Shown here in pieces: positions 42,920 through 52,533 of a stretch of DNA of 64,000 nt. The DNA is from a bacterium (lineage in GTDB: Bacteria > Patescibacteriota > Minisyncoccia > Phycocordibacterales > UBA5272). The notes beneath the pieces were generated by a model. The model was given only the letters and a program-made list of their open reading frames with translations. It was not told the origin of the DNA and searched no databases. The DNA lies in NCBI GenBank assembly GCA_027482685.1, contig JAIXVU010000008.1:4652-68651 (forward strand). Direction: 5' to 3'. Every line of letters starts with the position of its first letter. Position 1 is the stretch's first letter. Both the position numbers and the translations under genes were made by a program.

Positions 42920-44437
42920 ATGTCAAAAACCCCAGCAAAAATGGAGGCAGTTCCACGTCAGCCTGTAATAGCAGTACTAGGCCATGTTGACCATGGGAAA
43001 TCCTCTCTCCTTGATTTCATCCGTAAGTCTAACGTTGTAGATGGCGAAGCAGGTGGTATCACCCAGCGTATATCAGCATACGAGGTACAGCACAAAATGC
43101 CAGATGGCAGTACAAAAGCTATCACATTCTTGGATACCCCAGGACATGCTGCATTCCAGAGCATGCGTGAACGTGGAGTAGAGATTGCAGATATCGCGAT
43201 ACTCATAGTGTCAGCAGAAGATGGTGTAAAGGCTCAGACACTAGAAGCGTGGAAGACAATTGATGCACGTAAACTTCCATACGTTGTAGCTATCAATAAA
43301 ATTGACAAGCCGGGTGCAGACATTCAGAAGACAAAGAACTCCCTAGTTGAAAATGGAATCTATATCGAAGGGTACGGAGGTGACGTCCCTTGTGTAGAAA
43401 TATCAGCAAAAGTTGGTACCGGTATTCCAGATTTACTTGAGACACTTCTACTTGTCGTTGATATGAACGCACTTACCGCTAATCTAGAGACCGAAGCAAC
43501 AGGAGTTGTTCTTGAAAGTTTCATGGATCCAAAGCGTGGAATATCAGCAACACTTGTTATCAAGGATGGTACACTACCAAGCTCTGGTGCAATCGTAGCA
43601 GGTACAGCTCTTTCTCCTATTCGTATCATAGAGGACTTTGCAGGACGTACCATCAAATCCCCTCATGCAGGTCAGCCAGTAAAAGTTACAGGGTTTGATG
43701 AGATTCCGGCGTCCGGTGCAATATTCGTCTCATCATCAGATAAGAAAGCAATGGAAAATCTTCAATCAGAGACCAAAAGCGCTACCCCAAAGGAAGTACT
43801 TGACCCGCGTATTTATAGAAATGCAAAAGTTGTTGTTCCAGTTGTTATTAAGGCTGATTCACTCGGGACTTTGGACGCTGTTAAACGTGAGCTCAAGAAA
43901 CGCGAGACCGATGATGTGAAAATAAAGATAATCGCAGAAGGTGCAGGCTCGCTCTCTGAAGGTGATATCATGCTCGCCTCATCTGATGAAAAAACAGTAG
44001 TGATAGGATTCGCTATCAAGCTAGAGCCTAAGGCTCGCGATCAGGCGGAACGTTTCAAGATAGAGCCACATCTATTTGATGTTATTTATAAACTATCAGA
44101 ATGGTTCGATACATTAGTCGAGAGTCGTATGCCATACGAGGAGAAAGAAGTTGTTTTAGGAACGCTCAAGATCTTACGTACATTTAGTTCACAAAAGGAT
44201 AAACATGTTATCGGAGGAAAAGTTGAGACAGGTAAGCTAACTAATACATCAGTCGTTAAGATAGTCCGTCGTGGTGTAGAACTTGGTCGTGGCAAAATAG
44301 TAGAACTACAATCACAAAAAATAAAGACCGCCGTAGTGAATGAAGGCAACGAATGTGGTCTCATGATTGAAAGTAAGATAGAAATGATTCCATCTGATGT
44401 GCTTGAGGCGGTAGAGATTGAGAAGACAAGAATCTAA
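42920..44437 (+). CDS. infB: Translation initiation factor IF-2 (short form)
   Basis: G-domain GHVDHGKSSLLD, DTPGHAAF and NKIDK motifs. Confidence 0.9.
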   Translation: MSKTPAKMEAVPRQPVIAVLGHVDHGKSSLLDFIRKSNVVDGEAGGITQRISAYEVQHKMPDGSTKAITFLDTPGHAAFQSMRERGVEIADIAILIVSAEDGVKAQTLEAWKTIDARKLPYVVAINKIDKPGADIQKTKNSLVENGIYIEGYGGDVPCVEISAKVGTGIPDLLETLLLVVDMNALTANLETEATGVVLESFMDPKRGISATLVIKDGTLPSSGAIVAGTALSPIRIIEDFAGRTIKSPHAGQPVKVTGFDEIPASGAIFVSSSDKKAMENLQSETKSATPKEVLDPRIYRNAKVVVPVVIKADSLGTLDAVKRELKKRETDDVKIKIIAEGAGSLSEGDIMLASSDEKTVVIGFAIKLEPKARDQAERFKIEPHLFDVIYKLSEWFDTLVESRMPYEEKEVVLGTLKILRTFSSQKDKHVIGGKVETGKLTNTSVVKIVRRGVELGRGKIVELQSQKIKTAVVNEGNECGLMIESKIEMIPSDVLEAVEIEKTRI

Positions 44438-44465
44438 TCTTCACATGTAACTTTTTACTAGTATC

Positions 44466-44870
44466 ATGGATGCAAATAAACCAAAATCAGAAAGGCAGTT
44501 AAAAGTAGAACAGGAGGTCCTCGCTATCACGCAGGACTTCTTTCAGCGTGAATCTTCGGGTGCGAGCATGATAACCATCACTCGTACAGATATATCTCGT
44601 GATATGAAGCATGGGACTATTTTCATGACAGTGCTGCCTGAGAACAAGGAAGAAGCGGCGATTAACTTCGCCAAGCGTATGCGCAGTGAACTGCGTCATT
44701 ATGTTATGAAGAGACTTCCTGTGAAAGTGATTCCATTTTTTGAAGTAGAGATTGACTACGGAGAGAAGAACCGTTTGCATGTAGAGTCCCTCCTAAGACA
44801 AGATAAAGAAAAGCAAAAAGCTATCGAGGAATTACGTGAACAGAAACAGAAAGAATTAGAGGATAATTAA
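44466..44870 (+). CDS. rbfA: Ribosome-binding factor A
   Basis: Immediately follows infB; KH-like RbfA pattern. Confidence 0.8.
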   Translation: MDANKPKSERQLKVEQEVLAITQDFFQRESSGASMITITRTDISRDMKHGTIFMTVLPENKEEAAINFAKRMRSELRHYVMKRLPVKVIPFFEVEIDYGEKNRLHVESLLRQDKEKQKAIEELREQKQKELEDN

Positions 44871-44925
44871 AAATAGAGACTTCGAGGCATTCAGTCTTGC
44901 ATTAATACAAATGTCTATACAAAAA

Positions 44926-44954
44926 ACGGGGAACGCTTGCGCGTTCCCCGTGTT
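44926..44954 (+). terminator. Rho-independent terminator
   Basis: ACGGGGAACGC-TTGC-GCGTTCCCCGT followed by TTT. Confidence 0.55.
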
Positions 44955-44990
44955 TACCAAGCCAGCCCTCCCGAGCTGCTTGGCGTATTG

Positions 44991-46064
44991 TCAGTGCACT
45001 GTGGCACCTGCAGCCGTCTGAGCGGCTGCGGTCACGACCGGCGCCTGTGGCGCCGGCTCTTCGTCAGCCTCGACCACATCGGCGTTGCCGTTGGCAATCG
45101 ACGCGGCGACTTGGTCGACCTCGTCCTCGTCCCAGAGCGGACGGAGGATGCTGGCGATGATGCTTGCGGCCGGATTCGAGTGCCCGGACTTGAGCAGTTG
45201 GTATGTCGGGATGTAGTTCCCGACCACCAGCCCTTCCGGGGCGCCGAGCGGTGCCACCGTCAGCTTGAGCGCGTGGATCATCGTGGCCCGCTCGCCCTTC
45301 CCTACCGGCACGAAGCAGGTCTGGAAGATGAGAGGCTTGTCACCGACGTTGAAGCCGAACGTGCCGACCTCGTCCTGGTCCATCACTTTCAAGAGTGAGC
45401 TCCCGATCTCGCCTGCAGCGATCTGCTCCCGCAGACCATCCATGGCCTCGCGGATGTTGATCGCTTCGGCGCCACCGGCGACCTCGATTGCACGCAGAAG
45501 TACGTCCATGACGGCCTTCTTCGTGTTTTCGAACTGCTGGTTGACCTCACGGTCACCAGTGCTCGCCCGCTGGAAGTACCGGCGCTTAGCCGGGTCGTCG
45601 TGCGAAGCGATTGATCGCAACTCATCGAAAAAGATGAAGAAGCCGACCGGCACCTTCCCGTTCTCCGAGCCGATCACCTTGGCCGCTTGGCGGTTGCCGC
45701 GCGGATTCGTGATAGTCGTACACTCGAAGAGGACATCTTCGAAGTAGAGATTCTCGACATCGCCGAAGGCGAAGAGAAGAAAATCCTCCGTGGCCTGCAA
45801 CCGGATGGCTGCGTTCTTGAGCGTCTCCTTGACGGGGTCACTCGTGGCAGACGTGCGCTCGACCATAACAGTCAGGTCGGGGTTGTTGCCGGCGGCCGTG
45901 GCCAACTGCGACGCGATGTCACCATGCGTCAGAGCGCTCCTGCCGGTGCGGCCGGTGTGGCCGCGGCGACCGGTGCGGCGAGCACGGCCGTTTGTTTCGT
46001 CGTCGTTGCTGTCGTCACGGAAATTCTGCTTGCCCATGTCGGGACTCCTTATTTGAGAATTCAT
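44991..46064 (-). CDS. Hypothetical protein, GC-rich (~62%) island gene A, basic Arg/Gly-rich N-terminus
   Basis: Strong coding signal; no recognisable domain. Confidence 0.55.
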   Translation of the reverse strand: MNSQIRSPDMGKQNFRDDSNDDETNGRARRTGRRGHTGRTGRSALTHGDIASQLATAAGNNPDLTVMVERTSATSDPVKETLKNAAIRLQATEDFLLFAFGDVENLYFEDVLFECTTITNPRGNRQAAKVIGSENGKVPVGFFIFFDELRSIASHDDPAKRRYFQRASTGDREVNQQFENTKKAVMDVLLRAIEVAGGAEAINIREAMDGLREQIAAGEIGSSLLKVMDQDEVGTFGFNVGDKPLIFQTCFVPVGKGERATMIHALKLTVAPLGAPEGLVVGNYIPTYQLLKSGHSNPAASIIASILRPLWDEDEVDQVAASIANGNADVVEADEEPAPQAPVVTAAAQTAAGATVH

Positions 46065-46150
46065 TACAGGGAACTACGGCGGCTATTCGGTTTTTGCTAC
46101 CCAATCAGGGTGAACGCGATTAGTCGTCGGCGTATTATAGCATAATTAAG

Positions 46151-46209
46151 TACTTTGTCAATATCATCACAGGCACTTAACTTGACAAAAGTACAAAATA
46201 GTGTATACT
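46151..46209. promoter_or_regulatory. Divergent promoter region with palindromic -35 pair
   Basis: GTACTTTGTCAA-N20-TTGACAAAAGTAC; rightward promoter TTGACA-N16-TATACT at 46182-46209. Confidence 0.6.
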
Positions 46210-46307
46210 ATATTCACTGGACTATTGGGGAAGTAAAAACCTTGATAGAGATCCGGTAAGTTCATTGACTTTTCCCGCATTTACTGTAGCGGGTCAGGAG
46301 AAAATTC

Positions 46308-47483
46308 ATGCCGAAGAACAAGGGTGCTGACGGACGCGGTGACAGCAAGAGCATCGCTGAACGCGAAAAGCAGTCGCAGGACGCGAAGCTCCGTCGAAAG
46401 AAAGTCGCCGCTGTCGAAGGCGGTGCGGTCAAGTCGTTCGCCGACCTGACCGCTCTGCCGGTCGAGAAGGTTGTCGTTGCGACGGCGACCATCGACGACA
46501 TGATCAACGGCCGCGTGGCCACTGGCCACGTCATCGGTGTCGGGGAGGGCAACCTCTTCGAGGTCACCCAGAAGGGCCTGACCCTTCGCGCAGCGGAAGA
46601 CCAGGCTCTCACCGGCTACACCACGCGGGGAGAGAACATCTTCCTTCCCTTGTGGTCGCTCACGCTGGACGAGTTCACCTCGCCGCTTCGTAACGGAGCG
46701 AAGAACCAGTTTTTCGCCGACAAGCAGGAAGCGATGTGGAAGCACATCGCTTCGGAGATGACTGACGAGCAGACCCGCGCGCTCAAGAAGCGCTTGGATG
46801 ACGAGAAGGAGTCCGGCAAGTACGTCGGCGAAGATCGCGAAATCTTCGCCCGAGCGAACCGGAACATCAGCGACGCGTTCGAGGCACTCACCCTCGAGAA
46901 CTGCTTCGTGGAGTTCCGGATCGGCAACGATCTCGAGAAGAGCATCGTCGTCGGCGTTAGCGTCAGCAACGGCGCACTCGAGCTTCGCTTCGGCCACGTC
47001 GGTGGCGGGCATGAGCTCGCTGGCAAGGTGATCAAGGGCACCGTCCTCTGGGCTTCCGGCGGGCTGTTGCCCGAGACCTTGAGCGAGGCTCAGCTCAACT
47101 CGGTCTTTGGACCGTCGCTCACCGCCATGCGGTCTGTGCTGCTGAACGGCACCCACCGTGAGGTGGTAATATCCGGGCTCCTGGCTGCCCACCAGCGCCT
47201 CCGCAAGGAAGGGCGGGCAAATCAGAAGGTGGCATCGGTACTCACACTGGTCCCCTCCAAGAAGGTCGAGACTCCGGTCGCTCAGACCGTCGCCCCGACC
47301 CCTGCCCCCAAGCCGGTCGCGCAACCCGCACCGGTGATGACCGGAACGGTCTCTCCCGAACAGGACAACATCACCCAGCTCATCAAGAGCTTGCGTGAAG
47401 CCGGTATGAGCCCGAAGGATATCGGCGAAGCCATTGCGGGCTACAACACCAACAAGGCCAGCTCCGGCAGCAAGTCTGCCTGA
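46308..47483 (+). CDS. Hypothetical protein, GC-rich island gene B (basic N-terminus, Pro-rich linker, small C-terminal domain)
   Basis: Strong coding signal; no recognisable domain. Confidence 0.55.
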   Translation: MPKNKGADGRGDSKSIAEREKQSQDAKLRRKKVAAVEGGAVKSFADLTALPVEKVVVATATIDDMINGRVATGHVIGVGEGNLFEVTQKGLTLRAAEDQALTGYTTRGENIFLPLWSLTLDEFTSPLRNGAKNQFFADKQEAMWKHIASEMTDEQTRALKKRLDDEKESGKYVGEDREIFARANRNISDAFEALTLENCFVEFRIGNDLEKSIVVGVSVSNGALELRFGHVGGGHELAGKVIKGTVLWASGGLLPETLSEAQLNSVFGPSLTAMRSVLLNGTHREVVISGLLAAHQRLRKEGRANQKVASVLTLVPSKKVETPVAQTVAPTPAPKPVAQPAPVMTGTVSPEQDNITQLIKSLREAGMSPKDIGEAIAGYNTNKASSGSKSA

Positions 47484-47520
47484 TCGGCCAAGTGGCTCGT
47501 GCAATGCGAGCCACAAACAC

Positions 47521-47560
47521 GCTCCACCCCGACTAACCGTCGTGCGGTGGAGCTTTTTTA
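47521..47560 (+). terminator. Rho-independent terminator
   Basis: GCTCCACC...GGTGGAGC followed by TTTTTTATTT. Confidence 0.7.
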
Positions 47561-47638
47561 TTTGTAATGCATTTTCAGTATTCGCAAAAAATACATTTTT
47601 ACGCTATAATCTCTTAACAGTTTTCAAAAAGTAAATAT

Positions 47639-47722
47639 GCCCGGGTGGCGAAATTGGTAGACGCACTTGCCTTAGGAGCAAGCGAGGCAACTCATGAAGG
47701 TTCAAGTCCTTTCCCGGGCACC
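47639..47722 (+). tRNA. tRNA-Leu (anticodon TAG)
   Basis: GCCCGGG acceptor, D-arm GGCGAAATTGGTAGACGC, anticodon loop CTTAGGA, long variable arm, T-arm, CCCGGGC-A; own promoter TTCGCA...TATAAT upstream. Confidence 0.9.
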
Positions 47723-49339
47723 CTTTAGTACATTTTGATTCTCAAGAGAGTCAAAAGGTGGATTAAGTGTTTGTTTATAAGGTTTTTTATCCTTAACATA
47801 AAAGTTCAAGAAGATTTTCCTCATTATATAGTCTAAATCACTCATTTGTGTCATTTTAGGTATGTTTTCTGGGACTTTTTCCATAAGTTTAATAAATTCA
47901 GAATAAGTAATAATTCCATCTTTTTCGTTGTCTAATAACTTTTTAAGTTTAGTTATCTCTTTTTCTTTATCTTTAATACTTGCCTCAATCTTTACAATGT
48001 CATTTCTATAATAATCTTTTATATTATCCGACTCATTTCCTACAAGTAAATCTTTCACTTGTTCAAACCTTTCCTTTAAATAGTTTATTTGTTTTGATAA
48101 CACCAAAATGTTATTTTTCAATATCCCAGAATTTTTTGATAAAACATTTTTCATCTCATTAACAAAATGGTCATAACTCCCTTTACTTGAAAAAGGTTTT
48201 TGTTCTAGATAGTCAGTTGCAAATCCTATTATCTCTTTAGCTCTTATAGATTTATTTCTTTGAGGGCATTCCACTGTATCACATCTGTAATAAAAGTACC
48301 CCTCAGAGCCGTTCTTTAGTTTTTTGCTTGTTATTCCAGGTGTTAACGCTTCATTGCAGTCACCACAAATAATCATTCCAGTCATTAAATTAGCTTTCTT
48401 GTTATCTCCTTTTTTATATCTCTTGGAAAGTTTAATAAATTCTGAATTACCAGTTAGTTTATTTATTCTAAAAAATTCATCAACTGTAATCATAGGAATG
48501 AAGCCTTGTATTTTTATGAGATTAACAACCACACCTTTTCCATACATAAGAATGCCTGTATATACTGGGTCTTTCATTATTGTTAACAACCTTTGTTTGG
48601 TCATTCCATAAACTTTAGGAGATGTTTCTGTATTTGAGTGATAATAGTTATTATCCTTTAAGTAATCACATATTTCATCAAAAGTCTTTCCTTCAAGGCG
48701 AAGCTGAAAAGCGTTTTGCAACAAAACAAAGTTTTCACCATTTGGTATAAGATTACTATTTCTATCTTTGAAATAACCATTCTTTGCTTTGTTTACATAA
48801 GCACCTCTTTCAATACTTTTTTCATTGCCACGCATAACATCATCTGATAATTTATCGGAGTATTCTTTTGAGAGAACAAAAGTAATGCCTAGTAACATTT
48901 TTCCACTCGTATCATTCGTAAATGAAAAACTAGGAAACTTCAAATCTGCTATGATGTGCTTATCAAGCAAATCTATAACCTCTCCCGCCTCTTTCATATT
49001 TCTGGATAACCTATCTGGATGCCAAGCAATTATTCCGTCGTACTTACCACTTTTTAATCCATTTAACATTTCTCTAAAAATGGGTCGTATATCTGGCTCT
49101 TTAGCAGACCTTTTTTCTATAAGAATATCCACCTTCTTTAATTCGTTTCTTTCAGCAAATTCAACACATTTATCAACCTGGTCCTCAATTGAAAAAACTT
49201 GTTTACTTTCTTCATCCGTTGACTTTCTTGCATAGATTACATATTTCAATTTTGCTGTGTCTACATCTCTGCCGTTTATTGGTATTGCTAACCTCAATAA
49301 TTCAGCTAACTCTTCAGGTGTTTTTGGAAAATCTGACAT
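47702..49339 (-). CDS. Large serine recombinase (resolvase catalytic domain, recombinase domain, zinc-ribbon, coiled coil)
   Basis: N-terminal YARKSTDEE...DRLSR; 545 aa; stop codon lies inside the tRNA-Leu T-arm. Confidence 0.85.
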   Translation of the reverse strand: MSDFPKTPEELAELLRLAIPINGRDVDTAKLKYVIYARKSTDEESKQVFSIEDQVDKCVEFAERNELKKVDILIEKRSAKEPDIRPIFREMLNGLKSGKYDGIIAWHPDRLSRNMKEAGEVIDLLDKHIIADLKFPSFSFTNDTSGKMLLGITFVLSKEYSDKLSDDVMRGNEKSIERGAYVNKAKNGYFKDRNSNLIPNGENFVLLQNAFQLRLEGKTFDEICDYLKDNNYYHSNTETSPKVYGMTKQRLLTIMKDPVYTGILMYGKGVVVNLIKIQGFIPMITVDEFFRINKLTGNSEFIKLSKRYKKGDNKKANLMTGMIICGDCNEALTPGITSKKLKNGSEGYFYYRCDTVECPQRNKSIRAKEIIGFATDYLEQKPFSSKGSYDHFVNEMKNVLSKNSGILKNNILVLSKQINYLKERFEQVKDLLVGNESDNIKDYYRNDIVKIEASIKDKEKEITKLKKLLDNEKDGIITYSEFIKLMEKVPENIPKMTQMSDLDYIMRKIFLNFYVKDKKPYKQTLNPPFDSLENQNVLKGARERT

Positions 49340-49446
49340 GCTGTTATATTATCACAATACAAAAGAGAAAAGACGGCTAGAAAATAAAGCTGAAGCACTC
49401 TTGGTTGTTCCAAAATTGACCATTATTAATAAAAAGAGTACTTTGT

Positions 49447-49911
49447 TTAGCGTTTTACACTACCCCATTTATCAAGCATATCTAGCGCTTTCTTTTTTTG
49501 TTCTTTAATTTTTAATATGTTTGCCTCAGAATCATAGTATAAATTACTTGAATCTTGTGGCATTACTCTTGGTTTTCCATATAGACGGTCAAAGAAAATT
49601 TGAATAGCCTTTATGTCACCATTTCTTGCTTTGTTTATAAGTTGAATAAGTATAATTTGTTCAATATCTATATCTTCCAAAGTAAATTTATCTTTATGTG
49701 TTTCGTTATATTGATTTACATAATTTATAGCAATTCTTTCCATTGCCAAATCTATGAGAGTGCTATAATTTCTCACCCCTTTTTGTCTTCCATTCGGGTT
49801 GCCTGACTGACCCTTTTGGAAAGGTTTCAAGTTACTTTTACTTTTAGGATTACTTCCCCGCAAAGTACCGTCTTTTGATATTGTTTCACTATTTCTTTCA
49901 CTGCTTTGCAT
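49447..49911 (-). CDS. Phage-associated DUF5681-like protein
   Basis: GNPNGRQKG motif near the N-terminus. Confidence 0.45.
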   Translation of the reverse strand: MQSSERNSETISKDGTLRGSNPKSKSNLKPFQKGQSGNPNGRQKGVRNYSTLIDLAMERIAINYVNQYNETHKDKFTLEDIDIEQIILIQLINKARNGDIKAIQIFFDRLYGKPRVMPQDSSNLYYDSEANILKIKEQKKKALDMLDKWGSVKR

Positions 49912-49996
49912 ATGTATATCATAATAAAAAATAACAAAATAATACAGAGAAAGTGTATATGTTTATTCTTTGAGCAAATTCATTAGTACCCGTAAA

Positions 49997-50758
49997 TTAC
50001 TCTGGCATAGTTTCTTCTGTGAGAATCACAGGGGGTTGAGCGCTCTGTACAATTTCTACCAACTTTGCTTTTTTCTTTAGCTCGGTCTTTGCTTTTGGCT
50101 TAGAAACATCTAAGGTTGTAGTAATTATTTGGTAAACAGATTCTAAAATATCTTCACTAGAAAAGTTTACCCCTGTCTTACTTTTTAGGTTTTTCTTTAG
50201 AAGCTTAATAACCGACTCATCAAATAAGTATTTTGATAATGAAACTGGCGACAAACTGTCAACTTTTTTCCAATAAATATCAAGTAAATTCTTTGAAATA
50301 GCTTTTTTAGTAATAAGTTCAAACAAAGTAAAACAGTCTTTGTAATCTTTTTCATTGAGTAAATCTAAATCAAAAACAAGTTTTGTGTAGACTGGCTTTG
50401 CAAACATAACCTTATAGAGCTGAAACTGTTTACCATTTAAGAGTAGTATCCAGTCTATACCCTCACTAGCTGAGTAACCCAAACTTTGCCTTAGGTGATT
50501 TTCATTTAGTTTTATACCTAGCGACTTAACTTCTACAACCATCCTCTTTTTCTTACCTGTTTGAATAACATAATCAGCATAACCACCACTTATTTCATAC
50601 TCAGTTTTAATCTCTTCATTTTGAGAGTATCCGAGTACGTTTCTTAAAAAATCATTTATAAGTAATCTAGTGCCAGACTCGTTTAATTTTGGGTTATTTT
50701 TATATGCCAAAACTAAATCTTTCTTATAATCCTTAATAGCATCTTTATGGTTTTTCAT
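49997..50758 (-). CDS. PD-(D/E)XK nuclease-fold protein (HsdR-N/Mrr-like core)
   Basis: GYADYVIQ...VVEVK reads as a D...E-x-K motif. Confidence 0.5.
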   Translation of the reverse strand: MKNHKDAIKDYKKDLVLAYKNNPKLNESGTRLLINDFLRNVLGYSQNEEIKTEYEISGGYADYVIQTGKKKRMVVEVKSLGIKLNENHLRQSLGYSASEGIDWILLLNGKQFQLYKVMFAKPVYTKLVFDLDLLNEKDYKDCFTLFELITKKAISKNLLDIYWKKVDSLSPVSLSKYLFDESVIKLLKKNLKSKTGVNFSSEDILESVYQIITTTLDVSKPKAKTELKKKAKLVEIVQSAQPPVILTEETMPE

Positions 50759-50765
50759 AAGACTG

Positions 50766-51212
50766 TTAGCGAGTTTTATCTTTTAGTTCATCTAATAATT
50801 TTTTCAACTTGTAAGGATTAGCAACGTTCCTTAACACCACTTCTTGCCCCCCAGTTCCAGCAGTATCAATAGAAATAATCCCCGATTTGGTAAAGACTCT
50901 TTGTAGGAATGGTTCAGAAACATACGTATCAGTTATCTTGTTGTAGTCAATACTCACCAAACTTGTTGACAACCATCCTCGGTGGATTAAAACTCTTTTA
51001 TTAGTAAAAGCATAGACATTTGCTCGTTTAACGTAAAATAAGAAGTAGAATAAAACAAAAAGAGGAGCCCCTATTGTGAAAAATGGTAAAGATATAACTA
51101 ACCAAATAATCATATAAAAAATTCTATATTTATCACCGACTGAAAACTCTTCTTTAACTTCTTCACTGTTACCTAAAACTTTCTTCCAAATATCTTGATT
51201 TACTGTATTCAT
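50766..51212 (-). CDS. Membrane-anchored bacterial PH-domain protein (bPH_2/DUF304)
   Basis: TM hairpin followed by a YdbS/YdbT-like PH domain. Confidence 0.55.
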   Translation of the reverse strand: MNTVNQDIWKKVLGNSEEVKEEFSVGDKYRIFYMIIWLVISLPFFTIGAPLFVLFYFLFYVKRANVYAFTNKRVLIHRGWLSTSLVSIDYNKITDTYVSEPFLQRVFTKSGIISIDTAGTGGQEVVLRNVANPYKLKKLLDELKDKTR

Positions 51213-51284
51213 ATTATTAAGTTGTTAAAATTAATTTTTAAGAGCTATATAAAAAACAAAATAGGCACCCCATATAGCGGAGTG

Positions 51285-51405
51285 CCCAAAAACCAATAGA
51301 TTAACTACTGATTATGTTCTCCGCATAGGATGCCTATGCTGTACACAATCAGTAGTTAACCCTTGTGGGTTTTTGATTTATTTCTTATTGGTTTTTGGGC
51401 AGTTT
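51285..51405. repeat. Long imperfect palindrome inside the integrative element
   Basis: GCCCAAAAACCAATAGATTAACTACTGATT...AATCAGTAGTTAAC...TATTGGTTTTTGGGC. Confidence 0.6.
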
Positions 51406-51759
51406 AATTATATCACATAGAGGAAAACACCTTATTACTACTATATAATAAGTTCAATAACTCCTTTGTATATACAAAACTATCTCTTTTCTATTCCAAG
51501 AGTTACAACTCTCCCATCCCCACTTGTTACTTGCTGTGGCAAAGTACCTGTACTTACTGGAGTTTTTGGAAGATGTTGAACTACATCTGTTAAGTTGTCT
51601 TTTCTCATATACTAAAAGTATACCATGCTTAATAAGTAATAATTAGAGTGTCTTTGGCATACTCTTTAGACAGAAACTCTTTCATAGACTTATTCCAAAT
51701 CTTTACTACTTCAAGGTTATTTATTAGTATTTCAAAAAGTTCAAGTGTGGTATGATACT

Positions 51760-51815
51760 CTGCACAGAATAATAAATACCCATACTGTAATCAGTATGGG
51801 TATTTATTATTCTGT
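51760..51815. repeat. Perfect 24-bp-arm palindrome
   Basis: CACAGAATAATAAATACCCATACTG-TAATC-AGTATGGGTATTTATTATTCTGTG. Confidence 0.8.
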
Positions 51816-51822
51816 GAGCATT

Positions 51823-51911
51823 TGAAGCATGTGACCTGCGTCACATGCGGAAGGACTTGAATAGAGGTCGCGAAACTTTATCGACGAGCTTGCGAGGAGA
51901 AGTTTTGTGAC
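51823..51911 (+). repeat. tRNA-associated structured module copy 1 ending in the tRNA-Leu 3'-end duplicate
   Basis: Hairpin GCATGTGAC-CTGC-GTCACATGC, core GGTCGCGAAAC...GTTTTGTGACC, then caagtcctttcccgggcac. Confidence 0.7.
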
Positions 51912-52003
51912 CAAGTCCTTTCCCGGGCACATAAATACAAAAGACAGACTTTCAAGGTCTGTCTTTTGTATTGACTGTGTTTCTATAGAAGCAAACAAAC
52001 TTG

Positions 52004-52082
52004 CTTTGTTTGCGGAAGGACTTGAATACGAGGTCACGAAACCACTTCGAGCAGAGCGAGGTAGTTTTGTGACCAAGTCCTT
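52004..52082 (+). repeat. tRNA-associated structured module copy 2 (degraded 3' end)
   Basis: GCGGAAGGACTTGAATACGAGGTCACGAAAC...GTTTTGTGACCAAGTCCTT. Confidence 0.65.
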
Positions 52083-52104
52083 ATGATTAAGGTATAATAT
52101 AAAT

Positions 52105-52476
52105 ATGAATAGATTTGAACAAACATCACCCACAATACAACAAGCCGAAAGTCCTTTTAAAAATACATTTGAGAATTCTGAGTTCAAAATAAAACTAGAT
52201 AAAGCTGTAAGTGATTTTTCAAAATCACACATTAATCTCTCCGATACAAATAATGCCAAATGGCAGTGTTTGGAAGTATCTTGGGAGTTCATTAAATTTT
52301 TAAATGATACTGAGGTAATTACACCTGAAATGATTGAGCAAGGTGTGGTTGGAGTTTCTCATGCTAATATCAAAGGAACACCTCACACAGTAGCAAAAGT
52401 CGGGGATAAATTAATTGATTGGACTTATAGACAATTTGAACCCGAAAGCCCATTTCCATATATTCATACCCTTTAA
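52105..52476 (+). CDS. Hypothetical protein
   Basis: 123-aa ORF; host-like composition; no domain. Confidence 0.4.
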   Translation: MNRFEQTSPTIQQAESPFKNTFENSEFKIKLDKAVSDFSKSHINLSDTNNAKWQCLEVSWEFIKFLNDTEVITPEMIEQGVVGVSHANIKGTPHTVAKVGDKLIDWTYRQFEPESPFPYIHTL

Positions 52477-52533
52477 TTTATTTTATAAATCTTTGTAATT
52501 GCTGTATAGAAGATTTGATATCATTACTATATA

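Larger units (their letters stand above)
47702..51911. mobile_element. ~4.2-kb AT-rich (~30% GC) integrative element at the tRNA-Leu(TAG) 3' end
   Basis: The recombinase abuts the tRNA; a 19-nt direct repeat caagtcctttcccgggcac sits at 47702-47722 and ~51893-51911; composition differs from host and GC islands. Confidence 0.55.

Noticed and set aside
51807-52292. 161-aa ORF on the minus strand
   Set aside because: It runs through the two copies of the structured tRNA-associated repeat; the repeated peptide KDLVTKL is just the repeat translated. It is an artefact ORF.
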